63,220 nucleotides of DNA, filler included, from Reclinomonas americana ATCC 50394 (GCA_048213135.1; 6 parts of 5 records of this genome joined end to end with filler, not necessarily neighbours in it); one strand, 5' to 3'; shown: positions 14,326-27,845, numbered from the whole stretch's first letter. Program-made: numbers and translations. Notes: a model not told the origin generated them from the sequence alone.

Positions 14326-17300
14326 ATGCTCTCGCTGTCTGTGGGCTTTCTGGAGACACTGGCCACTGGCCGCAGCATTGAGCGATTCCCTCCCAATGTC
14401 TATGCAGAGGTCTCTTGTCTCACGCACAGAGTGAATATGCAACTCGTGTTTGCTCACACACACACTCACAGGTTCGCAAGATCATTCCACTGCGTGCGCT
14501 GCTCGCTGGTCAAGGCGACTTGCTGTTGCGTGTTGCGTTTTGCTTGCACTTTCCCCTTACTCTCGACTCTCACTTTCATGTGATTGATTGACAAGTCGCG
14601 GCTATCGGTATGCACTGGAGTTGACTGACCAGGCGCACTCGGTGCGAGTGCTGTTGCATCCGTCGCTGTCGGGTGTGGTTGAAGAGGGGCGACTCAGTGC
14701 CGGTGGATCTGTGCGACTGGAGGGCATCAATCGCACATATGAGCTCAGTGGGCGACCGGTGACCGTGGTCACGCGCATGCATGTGGAACGCAGTGCGGCC
14801 GAGGCGACACCGTCGACAGAGATCTCACGACCACGTGGTGGAGGGCGCGGTGCAGCATCGCAGCCGGTGTATGTGCCAAACAAGGCACTGGATGAGTTCC
14901 TCGACGGGCGCAGCGTCGCTGCCGAGAAGGCCGAGTTGTCGGATATTTTGTTTCCGTTTTCGTCCTCGTCGATGGCATTGTCGTCCAAGGCCTCTGCAGC
15001 GGCACTATCGCAAGCGCGGTGGGTGTCTTTGTTCTCGCTGTCCGCAGCGAGTGATGCTGAGCAGGGTTTGTTGCACAGGCCGGCAACGGCGGCGCATTTT
15101 GAATTGGTTCGTGCTCCTGCGGGCGAGCCAGCGCGACTGTTGCACGAGGAGGCACAGGCAGCGCGTCCTGCATCTGTTGCCGCGGCCATGACCACCGGGG
15201 GTGGCTCTTCGCCTCGGCGTTGGGCCGAGCCGGGACCGATGAAGTTGCCGCTGGCAGTCGCCAGCTCCATGGGTGCGTTCCTCATTACTTGGTCTTCCCC
15301 GTCTTGAGAAGCTCATGTGGTGGCGCAATCAGATACTGCGGTACCACCATGGCGAGGTGGCGCACCGAGCGGCGTGACTGCTGCCGATCCGAGTTTGCGG
15401 CGTGTGCAGTCGGATCGCGTGCGGAGCGAGTCGGTGCCGCCACCGCAGTCGCGCGAAGACAGCGACGACGGTGGCGCGGCGATGAATCGACTCCTCGCCA
15501 ATGCCACGCCGCGGACTCGCAAGCGGTGGGATCAGCGAGCGACTGTGCGCGAGTTCCCAGTGCTGCAGCCTGTGGACATGAGCGAGCCAGCGGGCGGCAG
15601 CCTTGCTGTTCCCGACGAGAAACGAGCACCCAGTCCGGGATTGCAGGCCGACAGCGTGGCATTCCTGTTTGCACAAGGTCCGTTGGGGGATGCTTGCTGT
15701 GCTCCCTTTTCCTCATCACTGATGCCGCGCATGCAGCCCCTCCATCGCCGCGAGATCCCACTGCCAGCGTGATTGTGGCGGCTGGCGAGAGCGATGCCGA
15801 CGACGATGGTGAGTGGAGCATTGCGAGTGACCAGGAATCGGCGGCGACTCCGGCGGGGGGCGCCAGTGTCGGTGGGTGAAGTGATTGCTTGTGCTCGTCC
15901 TGATGCTCGTCTATTCATTTTTCGTTGAGGAACAGCGAGCTCAGCCACCACCACGGCCACCACGACAGCCACCACCATCACCTCTTCTGCTGCTGCTGGT
16001 GCGCCATCACTCGCACCACAATCCATTGCTGTGTCGACTCCACCGCCATTCTTGCCGCCTTTTGCACTGCCTGTGTCGGAATACGTGTCCTCACCATCGA
16101 ACGCTTCGGGTGCGTCTTTTTTTCCAACGCCAGCAGTCCGTGTGTGTTCCCTCTGCTGACAGCACCACAGGCGACGCATTCCCTGTCGTCTATGCCAGTG
16201 CGAACGGATCCAAGAGACCTCACAGTGCCGGCACCAACGCCGCTCAGCACGCCAGGATGACGACCAACACCGTCAACGCCGCGCGCAAGAGTGTCCGCGA
16301 CGAACAGGAGGCTGCCGGCCAACCGCTGTCGGCCAGATCGCGGCGACTCGTTGCAGAGTCGAGCGACAGCGAATCGGGCAAGTCGGGGAGTGCGAGCGCT
16401 CGCGGGCGCTTCACCCGCACACCGCGTGGATGGAGTGCCGAGCCGGAAGCCGGTGGCGCAGTCTTGCCACCGAAGAAACAAGTGCAGCAGTGGGAGAACA
16501 CGCTGCGTGACAAGCGCACTGATTTGCGCGGCACACCGCTGCACATCAAGGAGGATCCGTTGCGTGTGGGCAAGCAGGATGAGGGGAGCCCTCCGTGGGA
16601 CAAGTCGCAGGCAGAGCCGCCGGCACGCGTGCCCGGCTCGCCCACACCGTCGAGCCCGCTCAGTGCGCGCAAGAGACCAGGAAGCGGTCGCACACCGGAA
16701 AAACAACAACAACGACAAGAACAACGACAGGAGCAGCAGCGAGGACCTAGTGCTCACCCAGATCAACAGCAGGGGCCGACAGCACCGACTGCAGCGCGGT
16801 CGTTGATGTACCAGGAGAACTCGGAGCCGCTGTTTACCGCTCACGAGGCTTTCAGCGTGCCTCTCAGCATGCGCACGCAAATGTGGACTACGTCGCTGCG
16901 TGATCAGGATCTGCCGTCGTCGGCGTCGGCGAGTGCCACCGGCAGCTCCATGTCGCCGCGCATGAAGGGCACGTCACCGCCCCAGGCTGCAGCAGCTCCA
17001 GGCGCAGCACGTCCTGCTGTGCGTGCAGCCGGTGTCACAAAGGGCTCACCGCCACCGCCCCCCACTGTCACCTCGCCGTCGTCGGCGACAAGTCCACCAC
17101 CACCAGACGACGGAGCGCCCAGGTCGTCCAACCGCACGCGTGCGCAATGGGATCGACCGGTGACGCCAGCCGTGCTGGAGCCGACGGAGAGCGTCAATAG
17201 CATGCGTGTGCCGCGACTCATGGAGGCGCCGACGGCAACTCTGTCGGCCATGGCTGCTGCACCGGCGCCCACGTCGGCCACCACCACGCTCACTGCTGCG

Positions 17301-19178
17301 TCGGCGGCGACTCGACGCGGCAAGGTGCGGAGTGCGAGTGCGCATCGTCGATCCTTCTCCGAGGCGCCAGCTCGCCGCACCGAGCCCGTCAGCTCCGTTC
17401 CCATGCCTGCGAATCCGCAACTGGTGCCCAACAGTGGCCGCAAGACCGCCCTGCACGTCACCGTCACCCGTCACTCCGCCGACCGGGAGGCACCGACGGA
17501 GAGCGTCCCGCGAAAGGCGGCCACTGTGCGCGCCAACCCTCCAGCCAGTGCGCCTCCACCACCGCCGCCGCCACCACCAGCCCCGCTGCCGCCACTTGCC
17601 GACTTGAAGAAGACTGGCGTGTCGGCAACCGCAGGTGACGACGGAGACGATGAGCGTGGCAGTGATTCGGGTGTGGACCCCACCGAGGAGCAGGACCGTG
17701 AACTGGCGGTGGCGTGGGATCGAGCACGACAGCTGCGTCAGGTGCTGGAGGTGACGTTGCCCAAGTCGCAGGCGGCAGCTCCGCCCGTGGTCGTCATGCC
17801 CACCAGCGTCTCGCTGCCGTCGTCGCCACCGCGTGCTGATCCGTGAGTCACTCGCCCTTCTTGCGGTGGACCGTGTCGCAATTCGTCTCATCATATGTGT
17901 TGCAACGCGCAGGGGAGCCGAAGCCGTGGGTTCGGTGGCTCGCATCGCACGGCAAGTGCGTACTCTGAAGGAGGAAAAGGCACGCGTGATCCAGCAGCTC
18001 ATGGACGAGAGCACCGAGTGCGAGGCGCTGGAAATGTGCAGTCGGTGCGTCTGTTTTCACAGGCATGCCTGCGCTTCTCGCTTGACACAGTGTTCTGCTT
18101 GTGCTCGACAGTGAATTTGCGGAGTTGGCCAGCAGTGTCTCGCGGCGCATCGACCCGGCGCGGTTGGTGTACGACTGCCTGACGTTCCACGACACAATTT
18201 TGAGGAGGTTTGTTTGCGATGCGTGGGGGAGTCTCTCTCTCTCTCTGTATTCACCAAGTCACGGTGCCGCAGAATACGCGCCTACGAGAGGCTGCTGGAC
18301 CCGCAAAAACCGCCGTCGTCCAGTGACGAGGGCGCGTCGGATACCGCAAGTGCAGCGTCCAGCGAACCAGAGCGACCGGCTGTTGGGCCGGGCACTGCCG
18401 CTCTGTTGGCTGTCACACAACAACAGCAGCAGCAGCAGCTGTTGCCGAAACGCCGACCTGCTGCCGGGTTGAGCAGCACACCAACCGTGCGCTCAACACT
18501 GCCGGTGGCGGCGACGACGACGGCGGCACAGCCGAGTGGCAAGTCCTCCAGCGGCGCATCGCGCAACCGCATGAGTCTCGGCTCTACGGCTCCGGCCGAC
18601 ATGCGCAAGCTCCTCCAGGCCGCAGCGGTGCAAGCACCAGTGCCAGCTTCCTCTGCTGCCTCCGCCTCCGCTCCTGCCCCCGCCACACCGCGAAGTGGGT
18701 GGCGAGCGCCGCCGGTGGTGGCCACCGACGAGCTGCTGGTGCAGTGGCGTGAGCTGGCTTGTGAGGTGGAGAAGTGGTTTGCCGTGTTTGTTTTGCAAGG
18801 GTGCTTGGGCACGGCGGCATCGCCCACCGGCAGTCCCGCTCCAGTGGTGCGTGTGCTTCTGCTGCCCTCCGTCGTTGCTGCTGCTGCTGTTGTGATAACC
18901 CTATCTACTCGCGGCAGGACACACAACGCTCGATGCTCTTTGCGCCGGGTGGGCGGCGACGCGCGCACACCGATATTGCGTCCATGCTGCAAGATTTGTC
19001 GCGCTGGGTCGACACTGTGTTCGCCCTGAGCATGCACGAGGGCGAAAGCAAACTCTCCGGCCGCTCCCAGTCCGAGTCGCATTTCGAGCTGATGGTCAAC
19101 CTGCGCGAAGCACTCTCCACCTGCTCCTCCTCCTCCTCCGCCACTGCCGCAGCTTCCCTCCACGCCGCGCCATCATGA
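14326..19178 (+). CDS. Protein with N-terminal RPA70N/RADX-like OB fold, long disordered S/P/A-rich region and helical C-terminus
   Basis: Spliced N-terminus MLSLSVGFLETLATG..VYAE|VRKIIPL..GDLL|RGYRYALELTDQAHSVRVLLHPSLSGVVEEGRLSAGGSVRL..GRPVTVVTRMHVE resembles the Rep-A_N pattern (RYRLLMSDG..L...L..LVEE..L). Internal exon structure approximate. Confidence 0.6.
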
Positions 19179-19248
19179 CAATGTAACACCGAAGCGATTC
19201 CTTCACTCTTCCTCAGAGTGCAGTTCGTGGATTTCTGCGTCTTCATGC

Positions 19249-20146
19249 TCAGCACTTGTCGTCTGCGCACCCGGGGGGGCGGGATGAGTGAGTTACCAGC
19301 TGCGCAAACAGTGAACAGCGTGCAGCACGCACCATGGAAGTCCCAGCGAGTCAGCTTGGGCGACCGATCGTAGCCGACCATGCTGACATATCTCGCGTCA
19401 TCGGCCGGCCCCACCTTGCATCGCACGTGAGCAGAAGAGAAAAAAGAGACAAGGAGGAGGAGGATGAGGAAGACCTTCTCTGTGGCCGACGAGAGCATGC
19501 TCTGCAGCGAGATGCACACCGAGGCCACTGTCAACACCGGACTCCACTCGTCGTACAGCGTCGACAGGCAAATGTGTCCATTCGAGTACACATGTGGCTG
19601 CGCAACACAATAAAAGAAGAGTAAGGTTCTCTGGGTGGGAAGAGAGAGCACATATGTGAGCGTGTGTGCGCAACGTGTCGCGGTGGACTGCCCACAAACA
19701 CCACCTCCGGACTGTCGACTGCACAAAAAGAGGGTGTGAGAGTCTCTTCCTCTTGTCTCTCTTTCTCTCACCACACACTCACCCGGGTATTGATCACTGA
19801 AGCGGAAACGAACTCTGTGCGTGTAAGAAGAGTGTGAGTTGACAGAGGAAGAGGAGGGAGTTGAGGAGAGAGAGAGAGAGAGAGAGAATGAGTGCACAAG
19901 CGAACCTGAATGTTTCGTCCTCATACAGACTACCTGGTGCGCCGTGGATCCACACGTAGGCCTCGTCGGAGCGACCAGCAGGCACTGCCGACTGTGTGTG
20001 CATGTGAGTGAGTGACTGTGTGTGTGAGAGAGAGTGACACAAAGAGGCACACACACACACACCTCGTCAATCTCAATGCCCTCTGGTGGCGACGAGCGCA
20101 GCTTGCCCAGCTCCTTCTCCAGTCTTCGATGCTTGAGGCCGCTCAT
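19249..20146 (-). CDS. UBE2W: Ubiquitin-conjugating enzyme E2 W-like
   Basis: 7 exons: RLEKEL..GAPGSLYEDETFRVRFRFSDQYPVDSPEVVF..PPRHPHVYSNGHICLSTLYDEWSPVLTV..SLQSMLSS..WDFHDDKC*. HPHVYSNGHICL and the C-terminal W.FHDD.C are typical of UBE2W. Confidence 0.93.
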
Positions 20147-20248
20147 TCGCTCTCTCGTTCCTCTTTATTAAAGAGTGAGTTGTGGACGCACGCAGGACGA
20201 AACTAGATTTTGGTTTATTAAGAGAGTTCTTCTTCCTCGCTGCGCTGC

Positions 20249-22021
20249 TCATCGCCGAGGACCGCCGACTGCTCGTGGCGGTGCCTTCGCTAATGGTGCC
20301 ACAGTGGAGGAGAGTGGCACAAGGAGATCGGGATCGGCGACGCCACCGCCGGCGGTGACGCCGAGAGACGCGTGACTGCCGACCATGCCGGTCACTGTCG
20401 GCACTGTGAATCCGCTGGTGGCGGTGGTGGTGGTGCGAGGCGTGCGCGGGAAGATGTTGTCGTAGTCGTCGTCGTCGCCGTTGTCGGTGTCGAGGTCCGA
20501 GTCCTCGTGCATGAGCCGTTGCTTTAGTGCCGTCGGCTGCGATTGCGGGAGCATGCCGAGGTGTGGCGTAGGGGCCACTGTCGAGTCCAGCGACACAATC
20601 GTCGACGACGAGGAGCGCTTCTCGCGCGACATGGCCGGCGGGTGCGAGATGCGCATGGTTGTGGGGTAGTCGTCGAGCTCGGCGGCCACCGACGCGTCTT
20701 GGCGGAAAAAGTCTGCGGCATTGCCGATCGCGAACGCGTGGTACGTGCCGCTGTCTGGTCGCAGCATGCGGCGGCGGTGCAGCAGCATCACCACAAACAC
20801 CGTGAGATTGGTCAGCCCCAGTGTCTGCAAAAAAACGGGAGTGAGTGACAACACAATGGAGAGAGCGAACGCGACTTGCACACCTCCATCATGAGATACG
20901 TGGGATCGTGAGGCCAGGCAGCACCAAACAGCTCCGCCATGAACGCCACGCTAAACACGGAGCAGCACACGCATCCCGCAACGGAGATCACCAGCGCCTG
21001 TCATCACCACCGCCACCATCAGCAACAAATGATTGGATAGCGGACATGGAAGAGGGAGTACCTTGCGAATGGCCGTACGCAGATGCGCGCTGGCATTGGA
21101 GTAGGCATTGGCGCGTTGCACGAGATGCAACAACAGCGGCGTCAACACCAACAGCAGGAAGAACATCAAGTTCGACACAAAGAAGCAGCCGGCGACGGCT
21201 TGCGAGAGCGTCGGGCACACGGGATTGTTGGCAATGGCATCGATTGTGTTGCAAGTGGTTCCGTGCACGGCAATGATCACGACCAGCGCCACAAACAACA
21301 ACACCTGAATGCACATCATCACGCCCACCGAGGCCGCCAGGAAGCTGCGCAGATTGCACGGACGCCATCGATTCGAGATCACCGACGTCAACACAAGGTA
21401 CCAGTACACCGACACTGATGTCACAATGACACTGTAACACATACACGCATGCATGAGTGAACGAGTGAGTGAGTGAGACGCTTCTCTGCAGGCAGACGAA
21501 ACGCGAGACAGGCATTGGCTAAGGCGACCACGGCCACATCGGCGGCAAGTGGTGCGTCAATCGGCAACCACAGGTACACAAAGATGACCACAGACTCCAC
21601 ACAGCAGCCAAAACGCAGTACTTGAATGAGCCAGAAGATGAGCTTTTGCCGCACACTTGCACTGTGTGTGTGTGTGCAAATGATGAGTGAATCTCTCACT
21701 CTTTCTCTCTCTGTGTGTGATGATGCACTCACCGGCGCCCGGGCACGTAAAACAAATGAAAAGCTAATGAGGCGGCAGCTAATATCATGGCCGCTAGTGT
21801 GGAGATGCTAATGACCACACATTGTGCTTGCTGTGAACAGTGTGTGTGTGCGCGTGAGAGAGTGCACACACACACACATGCGTGTTCTCTTCACTGGGAT
21901 ACGCAACTGGGAAGCCGACACACATGCTGGCTGCAGCGCCCCACCGGCCTCCACTCACACTCACACTTATGTATCGATATGTGTGTGACTCACTTGTAAA
22001 AACTTCACTCATTTGGCTCAT
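20249..22021 (-). CDS. Seven-transmembrane (GPCR-like) orphan protein with disordered C-terminal tail
   Basis: The spliced product has seven hydrophobic segments (VVISISTLAAMILAAASLAF; LIFWLIQ..VVIFVYLWL; VAVVALANACLAVIVTSVSVYW; FLAASVGVMMCIQVLLFVALVVII; AVAGCFFVSNLMFFLLLVL; ALVISVAGCVCCSVFSVAF; TLGLTNLTVFVVMLL), then an S/T/D-rich tail. Confidence 0.6.
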
Positions 22022-22103
22022 TGTTGCAACGGGGGATAACGAAAGAAAGGAGAGAGGGGGGTTGGAGGGGGGATAGCGTTGGGGATCGCTTGCGCGATCG
22101 TGC

Positions 22104-25100
22104 TTACTTGCCGACACCGGCGGCGGAGGCAGCAGCGCCGGCCACTGTGCTGGGTTCGATCTGTGGGAAGGAGGGTGGGTGTGAGGTGTTGCCATGATCG
22201 GGTGGTGAATGCACAAATAAGGAGAGTAACCTCGGCGTACACCGAGGCGATCTCGTCGGCGTAGCGGCGGGCGAGCACTGGGCGCTTGATCTTCATCCTG
22301 TATATGCGGTGGTATTGGCGTGTCATGAATCACATTGACATAGAAAAAGAGCGGCGGGGGAACGAAACGTGGGTGTGCAGGCGTCATTGTCCACTGCGAA
22401 ACGACACGGGCGAGGCAAGTCAGTGCGGTGCACGAAACAGCACCGGGAGGGGAGGAGAGACAAAGAGTACAAACCAGTCCACGGCTCCTGCTCGACGATA
22501 ATGGCCGCCGGAATCTCAAAGCTGGTGAACTGTGCGGCGAGCACGGGTGTTACAAGAGGTGCCACACACACACACACACACAGCAAGAGATGCGTGCACT
22601 TCATTCGACGTGCCTTCTCCGCCTTCGCAATGGTCCTGATCTGCTCGTGGATCTCAGCCGACAGCTGGTCACGCTTGTCCGACGCCACCACCGCTTGCAA
22701 AATGGTCTGCCACGGATCGACAGTGAGCATGCAGCGGGAAAGCGGCACGAAGAAGGGAGACGTGGCTCACCTCGGTGCCGCGCTTCTCAATGCCGTGATG
22801 GGCAGCCCAGGCCGTCACCGCGACTGCAGGAAAGAGGGGATGAGACGACGCCATCGGAACGTAAAACACAGTGGATCACTCACTCTCGTCGGGCACGACA
22901 ACGGCGATTAGCTGTGAAACGCAGCGGAAAACTGTTAGCGGCACAGAGGGAAATAAAAGGCAAGGCAAGCTAGGCGACGAAACCTTGGTGCGCAGGCCGT
23001 CACCTGCAACAAAGAAGCCAAGACAACAAGAGTCAGTCTCCAGCACCACCCTCTCAGCACACGAGAAAGAAAGCGCACCGTACACAAAGATCTGGCCGAC
23101 CAGAGTGGCCGCGGAGAACGCGCCCTCCAGCTTCTCGGGACTGTGTCAACACATAACGCGTGAGGGACTCCAGAAACCACCACCAGGCAGCTCGATACGG
23201 AGGGAGACGCAACGCAATGTACTCGCCGAGTGCCGTCTTGAACAGAGCTGCACCGCGAGTACAGAGTGTGAGAGAAACACATGAACGACAATCAATTCTG
23301 CACAGAAAACGCAACACTTGGCACGGTCGACAATCGAGAAAGTGCCGTTCGGGTTGCGGCGACCAATGTCACCGGTGCGGAACCACCTGCAACAACACGT
23401 CAGCGACACTCGCCAGCAAGAGGGCGGGAGGGCAGATGGGACATACCCGTCGCGGAGGAACACCTCGGCGGTCTTCTCCGGCTCCTTAAAGTAGCCGGCC
23501 GTCACCGTCGGGCCGCGGATGCACAGCTCACCAGACTCTGGCAGGCGGTACGGGCCAAACTCCGACGCATCGGCAAACTTGATCTCCACGGAGATCGTGG
23601 GAGCGCCAATGACGCCGACATCGCCGTCGTTGACGAGCTGGATGGTGGAGGCGGCGCACGTCTCCGTCAGACCGTAGCCCTGCACCACGTTGCACATGAA
23701 GCACCTGTGTGTTTGCGCGCGCGAGTGTGTCAGCAAGAAACGNNNNNNNNNNNNNNNNNNNNNNNNNNNNNNNNNNNNNNNNNNNNNNNNNNNNNNNNNN
23801 NNNNNNNNNNNNNNNNNNNNNNNNNNNNNNNNNNNNNNNNNNNNNNNNNNNNNNNNNNNNNNNNNNNNNNNNNNNNNNNNNNNNNNNNNNNNNNNNNNNN
23901 NNNNNNNNNNNNNNNNNNNNNNNNNNNNNNNNNNNNNNNNNNNNNNNNNNNNNNNNNNNNNNNNNNNNNNNNNNNNNNNNNNNNNNNNNNNNNNNNNNNN
24001 NNNNNNNNNNNNNNNNNNNNNNNNNNNNNNNNNNNNNNNAACATCAGCATGAATATCACGGATGGAAAACGCACGCGCGGAGGAATTGCTGGATCTCCGG
24101 GCGCAGAGGGCCACCACCAGAGATCATGGTGTGCAGGCGACCGCCGAGGGTGTTCTTCGTCTTGCGGAAAATCTGTGGTACAGAGAGGATGAGCCAGCGA
24201 CACAAGATCAAGTGCGCCGACAAAAGCACGAAACCAGGCAGTCCATGCAGCACGTGTTGCGGCCCGACATCTTCTTGGCGAGGGCGTTCTGGAAAAGGCG
24301 CTGCTTGCGGGCCGGGAGCTACACACGAGGGGTGAGAACGCGGAAGAGCGCTGTGCCGATCGTACAGAAGCGTACCTTGGCCACATTCTGTAGCAGCACA
24401 AACGGGAGAGAGATGAGCATGGCAATTAAAGAATGGGAGATGATCACTGCACGGAACGCACCGCCATGACACCGTCGTGGAGACGCTCGTAGATGCGCGG
24501 CACACCGGCGAGGATCGTCGGGCGGAGGGCACCTGCACGATGACGCGACGAGTGAGCAAAGGCACACGGGTGAGTGACATATTGAACAGCACGCACCCAA
24601 GTCGTCCTTGATCTTGCGCGGGTCCTGCGGGGAATACAACAAGACAGGTTAGCATCGCCGAGGTTCAAGCCGGCCACTGCTGCAGCTGTTCTACACACCC
24701 CACTGTAGTAGCCAATGGAGCTGCCGCACATGAGGAAGAAGTTCTCAATCACACGCTGTGTGCAAAATGAGGCGAGATTATAAGAGTCGGTGACAATGGA
24801 AGCCAGTGAATTCGGGGGAGCGCAGACGCACCTCGAAGATCTGGTTCGCAAGAATGCACACAGATGATACAAATGTGAGCACAGATAATACAAGGAGAGC
24901 ACGAGGTTGATTGGTTACGCACGTGAGCAAGCGGGAGGAACGCCAGGATGCAGTCACACGTCTTCAGGCGACGCATGTTGCTGGCAGCACCTGCACACAG
25001 CATCAGCGTCAGCAGCCCGACACGAATCCTGGTCTTTTCACACACACGCAGCACCAACCAGCAATCGCGGCCACCATGTGGTTGTGGTGAATCATGACAC

Positions 25101-26650
25101 CCTGCGTCGATCAGTGAGCACGATACCACACAAATGAACGCACCCTTGCAATGCTCACCTTCGGCACGCCAGTGGTGCCGCTGGTGTACATGAGAATGGC
25201 CAGCTCCTGCGGCGACGGGAGCACATCCTCCGACGGATGCTCCGCACCCTGTCGCAACAATGAGATCAGAAACTTATCAGCCCCCTCGCATGCGCGTGGT
25301 GAGCACCACACACCAGTCGGCCGAGCTCCTCCAGCGTGAGGATGTTGCGACCGGCGGCGGCGACAGCGGCCTTGTCATTCTCCGTCACCTGATTGTCGAT
25401 GACGATGATGTGGCGCACGAGGGGCACTTGGTGCAGGGTGGACAGGAGCTGTGTGTCACCGGAGGGTGAGCATGCGCCACGATTGAGAGACGCTCGAGAA
25501 CGGATGGAAAACCTTGGCGAGGCATTCGGGAGCGCACAGCACAGCCTGGCACTCACTGTCGTGCACGCACAGGAGGTGTGTGAGAAAAGAAGAACGTCAA
25601 GACAAGAACACGAGCGATAAGCCGACGAAACGAGTGCTCGAGAATGTACCTGCATGGGGCGAAAGACGTCGTCGTCAGTTCACAGACAAAAGGGAAAACA
25701 GATGATTCGCAAACACGACGCAACTCCACGGCATTCGGGCCGAGCGTGTCATACAGCGACACGGTGACCATGTTGCGACGGTAGCACGCTGTGAAACGAG
25801 TGAGAAACCTACCCTTGACTCCCTCTCCTTTCCTCCCGTTTGCTCACCATGCTCCACCAACTGCCACTCGAAGCGAGTCTGCACACGACGAAAGACCATG
25901 AGTCGCACGACACCGCACACTCATTCACCTGGTCGATGACTTGCCTTGGCGTAGAAGCCGATCGGAGCACGCGGCTGCAGTCCCAGGTGGGTCAGACCTG
26001 CACGCACACAATGAGGTTCTCTCCATCGACCATTCTCGCATGGGAGCGCACAAACCAGCAGCGTACTGCGCAATGTGGCGATCGGCCTCCTCGTACGTCA
26101 TCCACTGGTACGGACCCTCCTGGCGATGACTGCACAGAGTGTGTGAGCGCCCTCAACCTCACACACGCACACACACTGCGTCACATCGCGGAAACACACC
26201 CGAGAGCCTTGCCAGTACGGTTGAGTCCCAGGCCGCAGCGGAAGCACTGCGTGCATTCCCTCTTTCAGATCTCTCTCTCACACACACACTCAAACCTGCT
26301 CATGAGGAGCGAGACGCAACGTCGGCCAGCGTGAGCACATCGATCGGGAGATCGGCGTACACATCCTTCGGCTTGGTCACCAACTCAGCACCGGCCTTGG
26401 CATTGCTACAGCGAACAATCAACATGACGAATGTACACACACACACAGCACACAGCGCACAGAGTCGCTCACCGGAACACGCCTGCGCATGTGTGAGAAG
26501 AGAGCGAGAGTGTGAGCACACATCGGTTGCAGAGGAGAGGAGTTGGGAGGAGCAACACACCATCGCCGATATCCACACTCTGTGCGTCCACAGCAGGGAA
26601 GTGCGCAATCTGCGACGCGCTATAGCCAGCGTTTGATGAACAGCAGCCCA
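22104..26650 (-). CDS. Long-chain fatty acyl-CoA synthetase (ACSL/LACS family), about 32 introns, 5' end at contig edge
   Basis: Motifs YTSGTTGVPKGVM, FLPLAHIFER, QGYGLTET, GELCIRGP, WFRTGDIG, IVDRAKSLFKTALGEYIAPEKLE and TPTMKIKR all restored by manual splicing. Confidence 0.95.
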
Positions 26651-26774
26651 CTGCATCACACACGCAAAGAGAACGATGAGTGACGTATGCATGACACGCA
26701 TGCACACGCAAGCGATAATAACATCGTGACNNNNNNNNNNNNNNNNNNNNNNNNNNNNNNNNNNNNNNNNNNNN

Positions 26775-26786
26775 TTAATTAATTAA
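26775..26786. other. Artificial scaffold linker TTAATTAATTAA
   Basis: Six-frame stop palindrome flanked by equal N runs; identical copies at five positions. Confidence 0.97.
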
Positions 26787-26866
26787 NNNNNNNNNNNNNN
26801 NNNNNNNNNNNNNNNNNNNNNNNNNNNNNNTGTGGAACGTCGCTGCGCTCACACTCTCGCCCGCAG

Positions 26867-27836
26867 TTACGAGGCCGCCAAGGCCGCACTGGAGCTCACA
26901 CTGCGCAACCTGGAGATGGACTACGTGGATCTGTACCTTGTCCACTGGTGCGCCGCGCTGCGTGTCGCTCATCATGTCTCTCGTCTGACAACTCATTTCT
27001 GTGGGTGACTGCGCAGGCCTGGCGCTGCCGACTCGTCGCTGTTGCGTGCACGATTCTCCTGCTCGCGCACCACCTGCTGTTGCCGACGGAGCTCACCACG
27101 TGCATGCAGGTCACCCGCGGAGGTCGTGGCGCTTCGTGCCGGCACGTGGCGTGCACTGGAGGAGGCATTCGAGGCCGGCAAGGCGCGCTTCATTGGTGTC
27201 TCGAACTACACCGAGAGGCATCTGGAGGAGTTGCTGAAGGCGCCGGCGACCAAGGTGCGCCCGGTGGTCAACCAGATCGAGGTGCACCCGAAGTGCTCGT
27301 GCAGGTGTGTGCTTCTCTGCTTTCATTGCGCACTCCACACCAGAGCAGCACTCAGCGTGTGTCGATCGCATATACACATACGTAGTGCTCTGCGCGAGTA
27401 CTGCCGCGACCACGGGATCACGGTGCAGGCGTACTCGCCACTCGGCGTCGGACAGTTGCTGATGTTTGGTCTCACCGAGATCGATGACATTGCGACCCGG
27501 CACAGCAAGTCGGTGAGTAACGCAGCAGCATGTCTCTCTCTCTCTTCTTCCTCCTGCATCTCTTACAGTACAATGCACTGCAGCCGGCGCAAGTTCTCAT
27601 TCGGTGGAGCGTCCAACACGGCAATGTGGTGCTGCCGCGCTCGTCGGATGCCGGTCGAGTTGCGTACACTGCGGCCATGACTCAGAAGAACCAGCCACGG
27701 TGGCGCCTAACCCGCTTTGCAGATCGCCTCCAACCTTGACGTTTTCGATTTCGAGTTGTCGGCCGAGGAAATGGCCTCGCTCGACGCCCTCAACGACGAC
27801 ATGCACCTGGTCGCCGACCCCGACGCCGAGCCATAA
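26867..27836 (+). CDS. Aldo-keto reductase (AKR5/prostaglandin F synthase-like), 5' truncated
   Basis: LEMDYVDLYLVHWP, GKARFIGVSNY, PVVNQIEVHP, VQAYSPLG, PAQVLIRWSVQHG.VVLPRS, RIASNLDVFDFELS; five GT-AG introns. Confidence 0.93.
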
Positions 27837-27845
27837 TAAGAGGAT

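Noticed and set aside
15978-18014. Long antisense ORFs opposite the OB-fold, coiled-coil and NHL genes
   Set aside because: Expected shadows of GC-rich coding sequence, with no recognisable motifs.
19599-19674. Shifted-class introns might really start at TT (TT..AG+1 boundaries)
   Set aside because: Sliding by one base would change the conserved E2 HPH motif to HAH and lose terminal AG. GT-AG boundaries fit better.
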